Source: a bacterium
GTDB taxonomy: Bacteria; Zhuqueibacterota; Zhuqueibacteria; Residuimicrobiales; Krinioviventaceae
DNA: 64,000 bases
Reading direction: 5' to 3'
Assembly (NCBI GenBank): GCA_963693055.1
Contig: OY843751.1
Span: forward strand, 4,256,001-4,320,000
A program made the translations under genes and the position numbers. This document shows, piece after piece, positions 29,071-39,963 of this stretch (position 1 is the first letter of the stretch; every line of letters begins with the position of its first letter). A model generated the notes under the pieces. The model worked only from the letters and a program-made list of their open reading frames with translations. It was not told the DNA's origin and searched no databases.

Positions 29071-30441
29071 ATGCCCAATAAATTTAAATTACTATTACTA
29101 ACCGGTTTGATCTTGAGTTCCTGTACTTCGGTAACCTTGAAACAGGATCTGTCAGATTATAAACAAGAAATTAACGAACTGGCCACGCAGATCAAGAGCA
29201 ACCCCAATGACGCTCAGGCTTACAGAGATCTGGGTGTTATTTGTGTTAAAACCGAAATGTATGAAAAGGGTGAACAATATCTCAAAAAAGCAAATGCCCT
29301 TGAGCCGGATGATCCACAAACACGATTTTATTATGGACTGGCCCTCGAGTTCAATTTCAACAAAGAAAATGCCTGGCAAATTTACCGAACCTACCCCGAT
29401 GTTTCACGTCTGTCACCGTATCGCAGACTTATGGAAGGTCGTTATACCCTGCTGGGACGGGAAATAGCAGAAAAAGAGGCCCAAAGCCTGTTACAATCCG
29501 AAAAAGATATAAACGCAGACGAATTGCACCCCAATCTAATTGCTGTATTTCCTTTAAAAAACCAGAGCAGTAATTCCGAATACGACAATCTGGGCCGCGG
29601 TATTGGAGAAATGCTCATCACCGATCTTAGCCAAGTGCCCAACCTTGAACTGGTTGAACGTATCCGATTAAATGCGTTAATAGAAGAAATGGCCATGGGA
29701 CAAACGGGAATGGTTAAGGAAGGTTCTGAAGCCCAATTTGGAAAACTTTTAGGAGCCGGCAAAGCAGTAACAGGATTTTTTGATGTATATGGCAACGATA
29801 TTCGCATGAATGTAGAACTTTGGGACCACCAAAGATCCAACAAACCCCGCAGGGCCAATAACTCCAATTCACTTGAACAGCTCTTTATAATGGAAAAAAG
29901 ATTGGTTTTAGGTATTGTTGGCAGCATGGGAATTGAATTAACCCCCGAACAACGTCGGGAAATACTTTACATACCCACCAAAAATATTCGCGCGTTTATG
30001 GAATATTGTAATGGACTTGAAAAACAGGACAGCGGTCAGCTGGAAGCGGCTAGCCAGCACTTTAAACGTGCTGTTAAAATTGATCCCAAATTCCAGGCAA
30101 GTAAAAACAAAGTAGAAGAAACTGAAACAGCTATCAGTATGCTTCAGGCAGATGAAGAACAACTGATTGCAATGGCAAGCCAGGTTGAATCACAAACAGA
30201 TCTGCGTCAGGAAACGATCAACAATACTTTGTTAAACGGGAAATACAAGGTCAACAAAAGATTGCAAAGTCAGTCAACCAATGTGGGCTCTACATTTATC
30301 CCGGGTGAAGACTCGCGTAAAACCAGTGAAGAAGCTGTAGGCTCTGAAACAGATTTGGGAGATGACATTGTCATTAATGTATTACCTCAAAAATCAGATA
30401 TTTTACCTGATCCGCCTGCTCCACCCATACCGGGTCAATAA
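29071..30441 (+). CDS. Lipoprotein with TPR and CsgG/FlgO-like domains
   Basis: Lipobox LSSC, TPR helices, IAVFPL..EMLITDLSQVPNLELVER..GKLLGA, Pro-rich C-terminal tail. Confidence 0.8.
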   Translation: MPNKFKLLLLTGLILSSCTSVTLKQDLSDYKQEINELATQIKSNPNDAQAYRDLGVICVKTEMYEKGEQYLKKANALEPDDPQTRFYYGLALEFNFNKENAWQIYRTYPDVSRLSPYRRLMEGRYTLLGREIAEKEAQSLLQSEKDINADELHPNLIAVFPLKNQSSNSEYDNLGRGIGEMLITDLSQVPNLELVERIRLNALIEEMAMGQTGMVKEGSEAQFGKLLGAGKAVTGFFDVYGNDIRMNVELWDHQRSNKPRRANNSNSLEQLFIMEKRLVLGIVGSMGIELTPEQRREILYIPTKNIRAFMEYCNGLEKQDSGQLEAASQHFKRAVKIDPKFQASKNKVEETETAISMLQADEEQLIAMASQVESQTDLRQETINNTLLNGKYKVNKRLQSQSTNVGSTFIPGEDSRKTSEEAVGSETDLGDDIVINVLPQKSDILPDPPAPPIPGQ

Positions 30442-30480
30442 TCCGTATACTAACTCTCTTTGAATGTCAAGGATAGATTA

Positions 30481-33400
30481 ATGATAATAAAAAACAATTT
30501 TTCTTATTCGCTTCTACTGTGTATTGTACTGCTATTTACACAAACACTTTTCGCCCAGAATATCTGGCAGCAAACCAGTGGTCCCGAAGGTGGTTCTGCA
30601 CAGCATGTTTACACAAATGGACCGGGACGTTTAATCGCTGCCGGTGGTATGAATGTATTTCGCTCTATTGATAATGGAGCATCGTGGACTAATATCACAT
30701 ATAATCTGCAGGTATCCAACATCAATGCAATGGATGTCAACTCTACTGGCGATATTTTTGTCGGAAGTTATATGGGTTCATTATATAGGCTCGACAATAA
30801 CTCAACCACATGGCAAGACCTCAGTAATATCACTATTGGAACGGATAACATTAATACCATTGCCGTTGATTCTTCAGGCAATATTTTTGCTTCTACTGTG
30901 TCCAACCTTTATCGTTCACCAGATAATGGTGACAGCTGGACAGCTTTGACACTCGTTACAGGGCTTCCATTCGAGTCTGTTGACGTTATTCATGTAGGAC
31001 CTAATGGAAGAATGTTTGCAGGAAATTATAACGGCATTCAATATTCGGATGATTCGGGTGACAACTGGACAACATTGACTACGGGAACATCTGCTTATAC
31101 CATAGCAGAAACAAGTACCGGAGGCATTTATCTCGGTTCCTTTGATGGTATCCGCTATGCACCGGATACAGGTGGAAATTTCTCTTTGCTTAATTCAGAT
31201 CTCCCAACCAATCCCGATATCCGCTCTTTAGTGATTGGCTCAACCGGCACACTCTATGCCGGTGCAATGGGCGGATTTTATGTATCTATAAATAATGGTA
31301 ACAATTGGTCAAAAGCAGTAAATGGTTTAACTGCCAAAGATGTTTATTCTCTATCCAAGCAAGCGGATAATACCTTGCTTGCTGGTACAGAAAATGGCCT
31401 GTTTATTACATCAAACGACGGAGCAAACTGGTCTAAAAACATTAGCAACTTTATTAATACCGGTATTAATCAAATTATTGAATTGGATAACGGCAGTTTT
31501 TTTGCCGCATGTGATTTTGGCTTATTTCAATCCGTGGATGATGGTGAAACCTGGACCGCCATCGCCCATTTTGATACTATGCAAGTCCGGGCTCTGCTTC
31601 AACATGCTTCCGGTACATTGTTCGCGGGTACCGGAAACCACGGTCTGTGGCGTTCTACGGATAATGGTGTAAACTGGAACAACGCTATAAATGGTTTAAC
31701 AAACCCCGAAGTTATTGCACTAGAGACAGATGATCTTGACCAGTTGTATGCAACCAACTATAGCGGTGTATACCGTTCAACAGACAATGGAGTTAATTGG
31801 AGCAGTGTATTTGGTGGATATGAAGCGATTGACATGATTGTTGATGAAAACAGTTATATCTATTTCGCTTCATATGACGGCATTTACCGCTCTACAAACA
31901 ATGGTACAAATTGGAGCCTGATTAATACCAGTCTTACCAATGTTAATGCACTGGAAAACCGGGATGATGGCTATCTTTATGCAGGTACAATGAATGGAAT
32001 GTTTCGTTCTAACGATCTCGGTGTTAATTGGACTTTGATCAACACCGGCTTGACGACTCCCAACATAAGATCTCTGCTCGTAACCCGAAAAGGACATATT
32101 TTCGCGGGTGCAGATTCTGGCCAGGTATTTCTGTCAACTGATCTTGGCGATACATGGAGCATATACAATAGCGGCATCTCCAATGCGATGGTCCATACAT
32201 TGGTTATTAATGATAACAGCAATCTACTTGCCGGTACAAAAGGCAGCGGTATTTTCAGTACAATTTATGATAATGCTATATTTTCAGTCAATCCTACATC
32301 TCAATTGGATTTTGGTAATGTTCGTGTGCAGGTAGGTGAAACAGATTCTCTAGAATTTACCAACATTGGCTATTTGTCACATCAAATCCAAAATGCGGTT
32401 GTAACCGGTACGGATGCAAACGCATTTTCCGCATCAATCAACACCTCTGATATTCAACCCAGTGGAACGGGATATGTTAATGTTGAATTTAATCCCCAGA
32501 GTGTGGGACAAAAAACCGCAACACTGGAAGTAACAACAAGCGGCGGCAACATACAGATTGGACTAACAGGTATTGGCGTTTCCCCAATACTAAATGTTGC
32601 TCAAACAAGTCTGGAATTTGATTCAACCCGTACAGCAACAACATCTATCGATTCTGTTTTTATATCCAATACAGGTACAGATACACTCAACATCAACCAA
32701 ACTGCAATTAACGGTACGAATCCCGGCCAATTCTCAGTCGGTACTCCACCAGCGCCAATTCCGCCAACAGAAGGAGCCTGGTTAAAAGTCTATTTTGTAC
32801 CTTCAGATACAGGTAGTTTCAGCGCAACATTAAACCTCTTGAGCGATAGCGGACTCGGACAGGTTGCATTAACCGGTATTGGCATTGAACCACAAATTGC
32901 AGTTTCTACCAATACCCTTGATTTCGGAGATGTCAGCATTACTAATCCCCTCTCTTTGGATGTAACGGTTTCCAATGCAGGAAATACTGCTCTGAATGTA
33001 AGCGAAGCACTGGTTACCGGGACCGATCAAACATTTTTCAATGTCTCCCCCCAGCTTTTCATAGTGCCAGCAGGAGGCAGTCAAATTGTATCTGTTACCT
33101 TTTCACCTGACCAGGTCAGATCGTACAGCGCAAGTCTTGCCTTTTTCAGCGACGCGGGTGAACAATTGGTTGCCCTTTCCGGTAATGGTATCAACGCAAG
33201 TTTAGAGACCTCTCCCGATTCACTCTATTTCGGCATTGCTCAGGTTGGTGCTTCTGTTCGTGATACACTCTATCTAAACAATACCGGCACAACCACAGTT
33301 ACCATTTCTTCTTTTGAATTATCCGGAGCAAATGCCTCTGCATTTTCGGTTTTAACAGGTACTCCCCTGACAATTGGGGCCAATTCAACTTTTGCACTTC

Positions 33401-35742
33401 CAATGGATTTTGCTCCCCAGTTTGCAGGCTTTCACATTGCATCGCTGCTAATTACAAGTGATGGCGGTAACCTGAGCATACCTGTAACCGGAACCGGGAC
33501 AGAAGCGATTTTCAATCCTAGTACTCGCGCTCTATCCTTTGCAGATACAGACGCTTTTGGCTCAAACACACGTACGCTAACCATAGTAAATGAAGGAAAT
33601 GCCGAACTTGCCGTAAGTGAATATTTTTTAACCGGTACCCATAGTTCAGAATTTCAGATACCCACAACCCCAATCACACTCGCATCACTCAGTTCTGTTG
33701 ATTTGAGTATCACCTTTGTTCCGCAATCAGCCGGAGCTAAAAATGCGGAAATTGTATTTTTCTCCAATTCACCTTCATCGCCAGACACCATTGCATTGTC
33801 AGGCAATGCGCTGGATGCAGGAGATATTGCTCTATTTAGCGCTAATCCTGCAAACATCAATTTTACCGATACCCAAATTGGCAGTTCTCCCGCCTCCCCA
33901 TTTTTCATCATCAACAATGGGACAGTAGTTTTAAATATATCCGAATATTTTGTCACGGGTACGAATGCATCTGAATTCCAGTTTACAAGCACAATATCAA
34001 ACATTCAACCTGCTGACTCTTCTCTATTTTCGGTTTCATTTGTTCCCACATCCATTGGCAGCAAATCTGCTTCACTTGTCTTTTTCACCAATTCTCCAAC
34101 ATCTCCGGATACGGTCGCGCTTTCCGGATATGCAACAGAATCCACAAATTCTATCACAATCAAAACAACATCAAGCCCGAAAATTGGCAATGATTATACC
34201 GTCAATATTCAGCTTGAAAGCAGCTTTGCTGCAACAGAGCAGACATTATTTTATCGGAATATCGGCAAGCTAAATTATACCAGCGTTCCCCTGCAGGGCA
34301 GCGGTACAGAATATACTGCTACTATTCCACAGGATGCGGTACTACTGCGTGGACTGGAATATTATATTGTAATGACAGATACACGCGCAACCTATACTTA
34401 CCCCCCAACCAATCCGGCAAGTAATCCAGTCCAGTTGGGGATCACAATAGACTCACATACACCGCCAATAACATTGCCAAAAGCAGGATACAAAATGATC
34501 TCCTTCCCCTGCGATATGTACGAGACCACAATCGCTGAAATGTTTGAAGATGATTACGGTGAATATGACAATACAAACTGGCGGCTCTTTTATTATCATC
34601 CCATGAACGACAGCCTTTTATATCAGGAATACCCCTTTGATGAAGAATTCTTTATTTATCCGGGTATGGCGTTCTGGCTGATCAACAAAGATGGCAAAAC
34701 CTTTGATATCGACAATGCCTCTACCCTCATGTATGGTGATCAATTTACTATATCACTCATGCCTGGCTGGAACATGGTTGGCAACCCCTTTGATTTCCCT
34801 GTATATATTGATGATATTGAAACGCTTGACTCAATTGAAGACCCTGTTGCATATAATGGTACCGAATATGTCTACCGTCAGCAAATCTTGCAGCCATGGG
34901 AAGGTTATTTTGTCTACAATCCCGAAAATACCTATGTTCAGGCAACAATCCCGGCAATTGAAGCGGGCCAACTTCCCAAAGCAAACGATCCCATGCAGGT
35001 TGCAAATAATGAAGTGGCAATACAATTCACCGCCAAAATCAAAGACAGTAACATACAAGACACCCAAAACTTTATCGGCTTGTTGAACGATGCCACTGAT
35101 AATAAAGACAAAAATGATTTCTCTGAAGCACCACCTGTTGCGGGAGATTTGCAACTCTATATTGCAGATGATGAACGCTCCTGGGCAGGGAATTTCAAAT
35201 CTATTTCAAATGAAGGACAGCAATGGCAGATTGTGCTGAAAGCGAATAGCAGGAAATCCATTACGCTTGGCTGGCAGCAATCTGGCACATTGCCGGATAA
35301 GCAAAAACTCTACATTTTTGACCAAACCACACAGGCCCCGTTAAAAGCTGAAAACGGTGAATATACACTGTCAAGCGGACTCAAAGGCGAACGCAGATTC
35401 AAAGTGATATTGGGTACAGAAGCCTATGCCCTAAACAACAGTGACGGTATCCCGCTGGTTCCGGTGGATTACGAATTGAAGCAAAATTATCCCAATCCAT
35501 TCAATCCGGAAACGGTAATTCCGTTCCAATTGTCTGTCAAGAGTAATGTAAAAATAGAGGTCTTTAATATATTGGGTCACAAGATCAAAACATTGCACAA
35601 CAGTACATTATCTACCGGCAGTCACCAGGTAACCTGGGACGGCAGTAACGATGCTGGAAACAGTGTGGCCGCGGGAATGTACTTTTACCGAATTCAGGCA
35701 GGTTCTTTTCAAGCCGTTAAAAAAATGATTCTGATACGATAA
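30481..35742 (+). CDS. Giant secreted protein: BNR/YCF48-like beta-propellers, six ASH/choice-of-anchor-D Ig domains, FlgD-Ig/T9SS-type C-terminal domain
   Basis: Signal peptide; about 12 S-x-D/N-x-G-x-x-W repeats; six xxxF(G/D)..N.G...L.I Ig repeats; QNYPNPFNPET..WDG..GMYFYRI..KKMILIR. Alternative TTG start at 30460. Confidence 0.88.
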   Translation: MIIKNNFSYSLLLCIVLLFTQTLFAQNIWQQTSGPEGGSAQHVYTNGPGRLIAAGGMNVFRSIDNGASWTNITYNLQVSNINAMDVNSTGDIFVGSYMGSLYRLDNNSTTWQDLSNITIGTDNINTIAVDSSGNIFASTVSNLYRSPDNGDSWTALTLVTGLPFESVDVIHVGPNGRMFAGNYNGIQYSDDSGDNWTTLTTGTSAYTIAETSTGGIYLGSFDGIRYAPDTGGNFSLLNSDLPTNPDIRSLVIGSTGTLYAGAMGGFYVSINNGNNWSKAVNGLTAKDVYSLSKQADNTLLAGTENGLFITSNDGANWSKNISNFINTGINQIIELDNGSFFAACDFGLFQSVDDGETWTAIAHFDTMQVRALLQHASGTLFAGTGNHGLWRSTDNGVNWNNAINGLTNPEVIALETDDLDQLYATNYSGVYRSTDNGVNWSSVFGGYEAIDMIVDENSYIYFASYDGIYRSTNNGTNWSLINTSLTNVNALENRDDGYLYAGTMNGMFRSNDLGVNWTLINTGLTTPNIRSLLVTRKGHIFAGADSGQVFLSTDLGDTWSIYNSGISNAMVHTLVINDNSNLLAGTKGSGIFSTIYDNAIFSVNPTSQLDFGNVRVQVGETDSLEFTNIGYLSHQIQNAVVTGTDANAFSASINTSDIQPSGTGYVNVEFNPQSVGQKTATLEVTTSGGNIQIGLTGIGVSPILNVAQTSLEFDSTRTATTSIDSVFISNTGTDTLNINQTAINGTNPGQFSVGTPPAPIPPTEGAWLKVYFVPSDTGSFSATLNLLSDSGLGQVALTGIGIEPQIAVSTNTLDFGDVSITNPLSLDVTVSNAGNTALNVSEALVTGTDQTFFNVSPQLFIVPAGGSQIVSVTFSPDQVRSYSASLAFFSDAGEQLVALSGNGINASLETSPDSLYFGIAQVGASVRDTLYLNNTGTTTVTISSFELSGANASAFSVLTGTPLTIGANSTFALPMDFAPQFAGFHIASLLITSDGGNLSIPVTGTGTEAIFNPSTRALSFADTDAFGSNTRTLTIVNEGNAELAVSEYFLTGTHSSEFQIPTTPITLASLSSVDLSITFVPQSAGAKNAEIVFFSNSPSSPDTIALSGNALDAGDIALFSANPANINFTDTQIGSSPASPFFIINNGTVVLNISEYFVTGTNASEFQFTSTISNIQPADSSLFSVSFVPTSIGSKSASLVFFTNSPTSPDTVALSGYATESTNSITIKTTSSPKIGNDYTVNIQLESSFAATEQTLFYRNIGKLNYTSVPLQGSGTEYTATIPQDAVLLRGLEYYIVMTDTRATYTYPPTNPASNPVQLGITIDSHTPPITLPKAGYKMISFPCDMYETTIAEMFEDDYGEYDNTNWRLFYYHPMNDSLLYQEYPFDEEFFIYPGMAFWLINKDGKTFDIDNASTLMYGDQFTISLMPGWNMVGNPFDFPVYIDDIETLDSIEDPVAYNGTEYVYRQQILQPWEGYFVYNPENTYVQATIPAIEAGQLPKANDPMQVANNEVAIQFTAKIKDSNIQDTQNFIGLLNDATDNKDKNDFSEAPPVAGDLQLYIADDERSWAGNFKSISNEGQQWQIVLKANSRKSITLGWQQSGTLPDKQKLYIFDQTTQAPLKAENGEYTLSSGLKGERRFKVILGTEAYALNNSDGIPLVPVDYELKQNYPNPFNPETVIPFQLSVKSNVKIEVFNILGHKIKTLHNSTLSTGSHQVTWDGSNDAGNSVAAGMYFYRIQAGSFQAVKKMILIR

Positions 35743-35758
35743 TTCAGGTGGATCAAAT

Positions 35759-36844
35759 ATGAAAAAATATATCACAATCCTTTTACTCTTTTCAAGCTGG
35801 GCCATGGCTCAAGACATGCTGGTCATTTCACAAAACCGATTTGTACAGTTTTCTCCAACCGTGCAATACTGGAGTTATGACGAAGCCAAAGATTTTACCC
35901 AGGTTTCCTTTCCGGTATATGCTTATCTACCCCTCAACAATAATACGTCTATCAATTTGCGCACAGGACAGGCAAATGTTTCGGGCAGCAGTATCACCAA
36001 TCTGGCCGGCATGACAGATACCCAGCTTGGCGTATCCTATCATTATCAGGATTGGAACACGGTTTTTACCATGGGTTTAAACCTGCCCAGCGGCAAAAGA
36101 CAACTCACTCTGGATGAGTACATGACCTCCTACCTGATGAGTTACAACTATTTCAATCTTCAGATACCCAATTTCGGACAGGGACTCAATTTAGCGCCGG
36201 GTGTAAATTGGGCTTATGAATTAAATGAAAAGATTATTCTGGGTGCTGCCGCCAGCTTTCAGCTAAAAGGGGGCTTTAAACCCATAGACGGCATGGAAGA
36301 TGACTATCAACCAGGAAATGAAATTACTGCCTCCGCGGGCATGGATTATAATTTTTCAGAAACCCAAATTTTATCTACGGATGTGGTTTACACTACCTAT
36401 GGTAGTGATAAATACGCCGATAATGAGATTTTTGCTTCTGGCGACAAGATCATTGTAAATCTCTTCTATCAGCAGTTTATGGATTTTAATCATTTTTCCA
36501 TCCACTTTCGCTATCGCAGTAAAGCCAAAAACGATATAGCCGTGGCAGGTGAAATGGTTACCGAAAGCGAAAAATCCATACCGGACCAGTTTGAACTGAT
36601 CGGACGATTCAGACAACGTTTGACGCAGGAATTCCACCTCGGCTATTTGGCACAATACCGGCATTTTCTCGGTACCAGTACCCTATACAGCGTAAACCTT
36701 GCAGGATTGGGTATTGAACCGGAATACCGTATTTCTCCCCGAATGCTGCTTACCAGCAGGATCCGGGTCAATATCGGTGGTTATTCAAATGGAAAAAGTA
36801 TGACAGGATTCATGTTTACCGCGGGAATGCGATATAATTTTTAA
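35759..36844 (+). CDS. Putative outer-membrane beta-barrel protein
   Basis: Signal peptide, alternating beta-strand pattern, GLNLPSG motif, C-terminal AGMRYNF. Confidence 0.7.
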   Translation: MKKYITILLLFSSWAMAQDMLVISQNRFVQFSPTVQYWSYDEAKDFTQVSFPVYAYLPLNNNTSINLRTGQANVSGSSITNLAGMTDTQLGVSYHYQDWNTVFTMGLNLPSGKRQLTLDEYMTSYLMSYNYFNLQIPNFGQGLNLAPGVNWAYELNEKIILGAAASFQLKGGFKPIDGMEDDYQPGNEITASAGMDYNFSETQILSTDVVYTTYGSDKYADNEIFASGDKIIVNLFYQQFMDFNHFSIHFRYRSKAKNDIAVAGEMVTESEKSIPDQFELIGRFRQRLTQEFHLGYLAQYRHFLGTSTLYSVNLAGLGIEPEYRISPRMLLTSRIRVNIGGYSNGKSMTGFMFTAGMRYNF

Positions 36845-36845
36845 C

Positions 36846-36955
36846 GTAGGGGTGAACCTGTGTGTCCACCCTTTTACAATTTTTGTTAAATGAGTGAACC
36901 TGAATTTCCACCCTTTTAAAATTTTCATTAAACGAGCAGGCCTGCGTGTCAACCC
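36846..36955 (+). repeat. Three tandem, decaying family-A REP-like units (period about 42 bp)
   Basis: GTAGGGGTGAACCTGTGTGTCCACCC, then GAGTGAACCTGAATTTCCACCC, then GAGCAGGCCTGCGTGTCAACCC, separated by similar TTTTA(C/A)AATTTT..TTAAA spacers. Confidence 0.7.
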
Positions 36956-36961
36956 AAATTC

Positions 36962-37843
36962 TCAACCCGCCAACAACATATTCGTACGTTTTACCGCTTC
37001 ATCAATATGCTCGTTTTTTTCATAACCTATGGTCATGGCGTCCACATTGCCGCTGCCCCATACATATTCCATGGATTTCTGGCGGTCTGCAATATCAGTA
37101 AACTTGCCCATTCCAAAAATTTTCATACCAATCACGCCCATTCCCCGGTCATGGATTTTCTTAATCACCGGCATAACTATTTCCGGAGAATCATCCATTC
37201 GCTCACCGGTATGGTTAATACGGGCTTGCACAATGTCTACCCAGTCACTTTCCGCTGCCGCGTTTAACGCGTCAACACTGTGACATGAAACACCATGCGC
37301 GCGAATAATGCCTTTTTCCTTGGCTTTAGACAAGGTATCTCGCACGCTTTCAAACTCGTTCTGCCAGTCAGCAGAGGTCATGCAATGCACAAGCAGGATA
37401 TCAATCCTGTCCACGCCCAATTCCAGTAAAAATCGATCAAGATATTCCTGAGCATTGGTAAATTGCAGCCAGTCATTGTTTTTTACCCACATTTTCGATT
37501 GAATCACCACTTGATCCCGGGGGATATATTTTAGCAACTCTTTAAAATACTCGTGCGAGCCATAAATATCAGCACTGTCCCAAAAATTAATACCATGATC
37601 AAACGCGTACTGCCCCAGTTTCACAAAGCCTTCCTTACCCAGCTTGGTCTGGTTCGAAACTCGCTTCCATCCCGCTGAACCGGTTCCCATGGCCAATCGG
37701 GATACCTGTACGCCGCTCTTTCCCAGTACAACCTGCCCGACTCGCTCCTGGCTGTTTCCGGCATATATCGATGAAGCACCCACTAACGCTACGCCACCTA
37801 CAGATTTTTGTATAAACTCTCGTCTTGATATACGTTGTACCAT
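36962..37843 (-). CDS. Aldo/keto reductase with a Tat signal
   Basis: SRREFIQK twin-arginine motif; LGKSGVQVSRLAMGT, DSADIYG, GVSCH. Confidence 0.88.
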   Translation of the reverse strand: MVQRISRREFIQKSVGGVALVGASSIYAGNSQERVGQVVLGKSGVQVSRLAMGTGSAGWKRVSNQTKLGKEGFVKLGQYAFDHGINFWDSADIYGSHEYFKELLKYIPRDQVVIQSKMWVKNNDWLQFTNAQEYLDRFLLELGVDRIDILLVHCMTSADWQNEFESVRDTLSKAKEKGIIRAHGVSCHSVDALNAAAESDWVDIVQARINHTGERMDDSPEIVMPVIKKIHDRGMGVIGMKIFGMGKFTDIADRQKSMEYVWGSGNVDAMTIGYEKNEHIDEAVKRTNMLLAG

Positions 37844-37853
37844 TCCACTCTCC

Positions 37854-38774
37854 TTAATTTTCCGGCTGTGTCAGCGCTTTATAGGTTTGAGGTCTGCGAT
37901 TTTTAAATCTATTTTTAATCCGGTTGGGTTCCATTTTCAATTCAAAATACACGATTTCATTCGCACCGCCCATAGATTTAATCTCTCCGCCATTGCTGAT
38001 CAACAGACTCTGATACGGATTACAATAGATCACCGGAAACCGGTTCTCATAAGCGCGTGTGCGCATCAAAACAGTATTCCATCCGTCTTCATCACTGTAA
38101 CTACCATACGCCGGAACGATCAGCGCCTGTGCACCCTGCACAGCCATAATCCGTGCCGGTTCAGGCAATTGCCTATCATAACAGATCACAATCCCTACAA
38201 TGCCAAAGGGTGTATAAATAACCGGATATTCGTCACTCGCGCAATATTCATCCGGATTTATATCATAACCCTGTGCAAAATGGGTTTTGGAATAACGCCC
38301 AATAATATCGCCTTCATCATCAATCATGATAGAGGTATTGTACAAACGGTTACCTACCCGTTTTTCCAGAAATCCCAAAACCAGAAAAATATCCAGTTCA
38401 TCCGCAAGCTCACAAGCTTTTGCAATATAGGGACCATCAATGGGTTCCGCAACCTCTATAAATCGCTGTGTCCGCTCCTCATGTATTGAGGCTTCCATAT
38501 CAGAATTCACTTCATTGATCACGTAACCTTCAAGTACACCTTCAGGAGTAACAACCAGCCTTGCGCCGCCTTCAACAGCAGCGCGTCTCACCATGCTTTC
38601 AATTCGCTGCCAGTTGATTTCTTTTTGCCATTTTTCAGGCAGTACAGCCGCGCTGGCAGCACGTAAACGGGTAAATTCCTGTTCTTTATCTTTATATTTA
38701 TCTGGCACAAAATTTTGTGCATTTACTAATACAACAGCGAACAACAATAAACATGCTAAACATTTAAATCGCAT
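37854..38774 (-). CDS. Exported carbon-nitrogen hydrolase (nitrilase superfamily)
   Basis: TPEG (Glu), YSKTH (Lys), ICYD (Cys) triad; signal peptide. Confidence 0.9.
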   Translation of the reverse strand: MRFKCLACLLLFAVVLVNAQNFVPDKYKDKEQEFTRLRAASAAVLPEKWQKEINWQRIESMVRRAAVEGGARLVVTPEGVLEGYVINEVNSDMEASIHEERTQRFIEVAEPIDGPYIAKACELADELDIFLVLGFLEKRVGNRLYNTSIMIDDEGDIIGRYSKTHFAQGYDINPDEYCASDEYPVIYTPFGIVGIVICYDRQLPEPARIMAVQGAQALIVPAYGSYSDEDGWNTVLMRTRAYENRFPVIYCNPYQSLLISNGGEIKSMGGANEIVYFELKMEPNRIKNRFKNRRPQTYKALTQPEN

Positions 38775-38941
38775 ATTGTTCTCCCATAGAATCCCTTTAC
38801 TAATAAATTAATAAATGAATAGTATTATCCAACATATATTTTCTGGTTAAAAAGATATAAGCAGAAAAATCAAAATAATATATCAGTGGAAATCCGTATA
38901 ATCAGGGTTTTTTGTGATCTAATTTTAAATATTGGTTCTGG

Positions 38942-39955
38942 TTAGAACCGAAACGTCCCAGATATCCTGTGGGTATTGGCAAGATCGTGAGGAATAAAAG
39001 CATAATCTATACTGTAGCCCTTGAATCGTAGTCCAGCTCCCGCGGTAACATTTTCCAGATAATAACCCGCACGTACTGAAAGCATGTTAAAAAATTCAAA
39101 TTCCGTACCTGCATGATAATCATCATAAAAACCAAACTCTTGGTCCGCAGTCAAGGTAATGCGTGTTCGCAATCCCACCATTAAATGCGATGCCGCAACA
39201 CCCGCGCGATAGAGTGACTGTACCAGATCGGCATTGTTTGAATCCGTGTTCCAGGTAATACTGGTCCTTGAAATATCCTGAGCTGAAAACGCAACGCCAA
39301 ACCACGATTTGGCCATTCCGCGATAATATTTATCGCTTACAATGCGCAAAATTGCACCGGCATCTACACCCTGGCCGCTGCCGGTCTTGTCATCAAGATT
39401 ATGCATAATATATTTCCCGGAAAATCCCATATATAACTCGAGCGGAATCCTATACTGGTTCATGCCCACATTGAAATACAGATCAAAATAATCAGCGCGC
39501 CCCAATGTAAACAGGATTGCATTTTCATTATTGCCAAAAAATCCTTCCGGCTCTCCATCTGAACGTAACCGGGGATCAGTCAATCGATCCAGTCGGGTGC
39601 CTTGCAGTTCACCATAACGGGGAATATCATCTTCGCCGTGCCGCATCCAGCTCAATCCCACAGTCATGTTCCGGTTTACCGCCATTGAAACATGGGCAGT
39701 GTTGTATTGTGCCAGTCCGTCAAACATGGGTACATGATCAAAATGTACGGTTATATGCTTTTCATGTGCCAGTCCTGCAGGGTTCCAATAAAATGCAGTT
39801 GCATCGCTGGCAAGCGCGGTAAATGCTCCACCCATTGCCATAGGACGTGCACCAACACCTATACGCATAAAATCAGCAGCATATTCTCCTGCAAACACAC
39901 TGCTCATCAGCAGCAATAATATAATAACAATATATGTGGGTTTAAATCTGTTCAA
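38942..39955 (-). CDS. PorV/PorQ-family (UPF0164) outer-membrane protein
   Basis: FMRIGVGARPMAMGGAF..DATAFYWNPAGL; C-terminal DYAF...THRISGTFRF. Confidence 0.85.
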   Translation of the reverse strand: MNRFKPTYIVIILLLLMSSVFAGEYAADFMRIGVGARPMAMGGAFTALASDATAFYWNPAGLAHEKHITVHFDHVPMFDGLAQYNTAHVSMAVNRNMTVGLSWMRHGEDDIPRYGELQGTRLDRLTDPRLRSDGEPEGFFGNNENAILFTLGRADYFDLYFNVGMNQYRIPLELYMGFSGKYIMHNLDDKTGSGQGVDAGAILRIVSDKYYRGMAKSWFGVAFSAQDISRTSITWNTDSNNADLVQSLYRAGVAASHLMVGLRTRITLTADQEFGFYDDYHAGTEFEFFNMLSVRAGYYLENVTAGAGLRFKGYSIDYAFIPHDLANTHRISGTFRF

Positions 39956-39963
39956 TTCAATAC

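Noticed and set aside
36846-36955. Possible mini CRISPR array
   Set aside because: Units are degenerate, spacers resemble each other and are too short, there are no cas genes, and the unit matches the dispersed REP family A.
37644-38489. 281-aa plus-strand ORF
   Set aside because: Antisense to two well-supported genes (aldo/keto reductase and nitrilase-family hydrolase).
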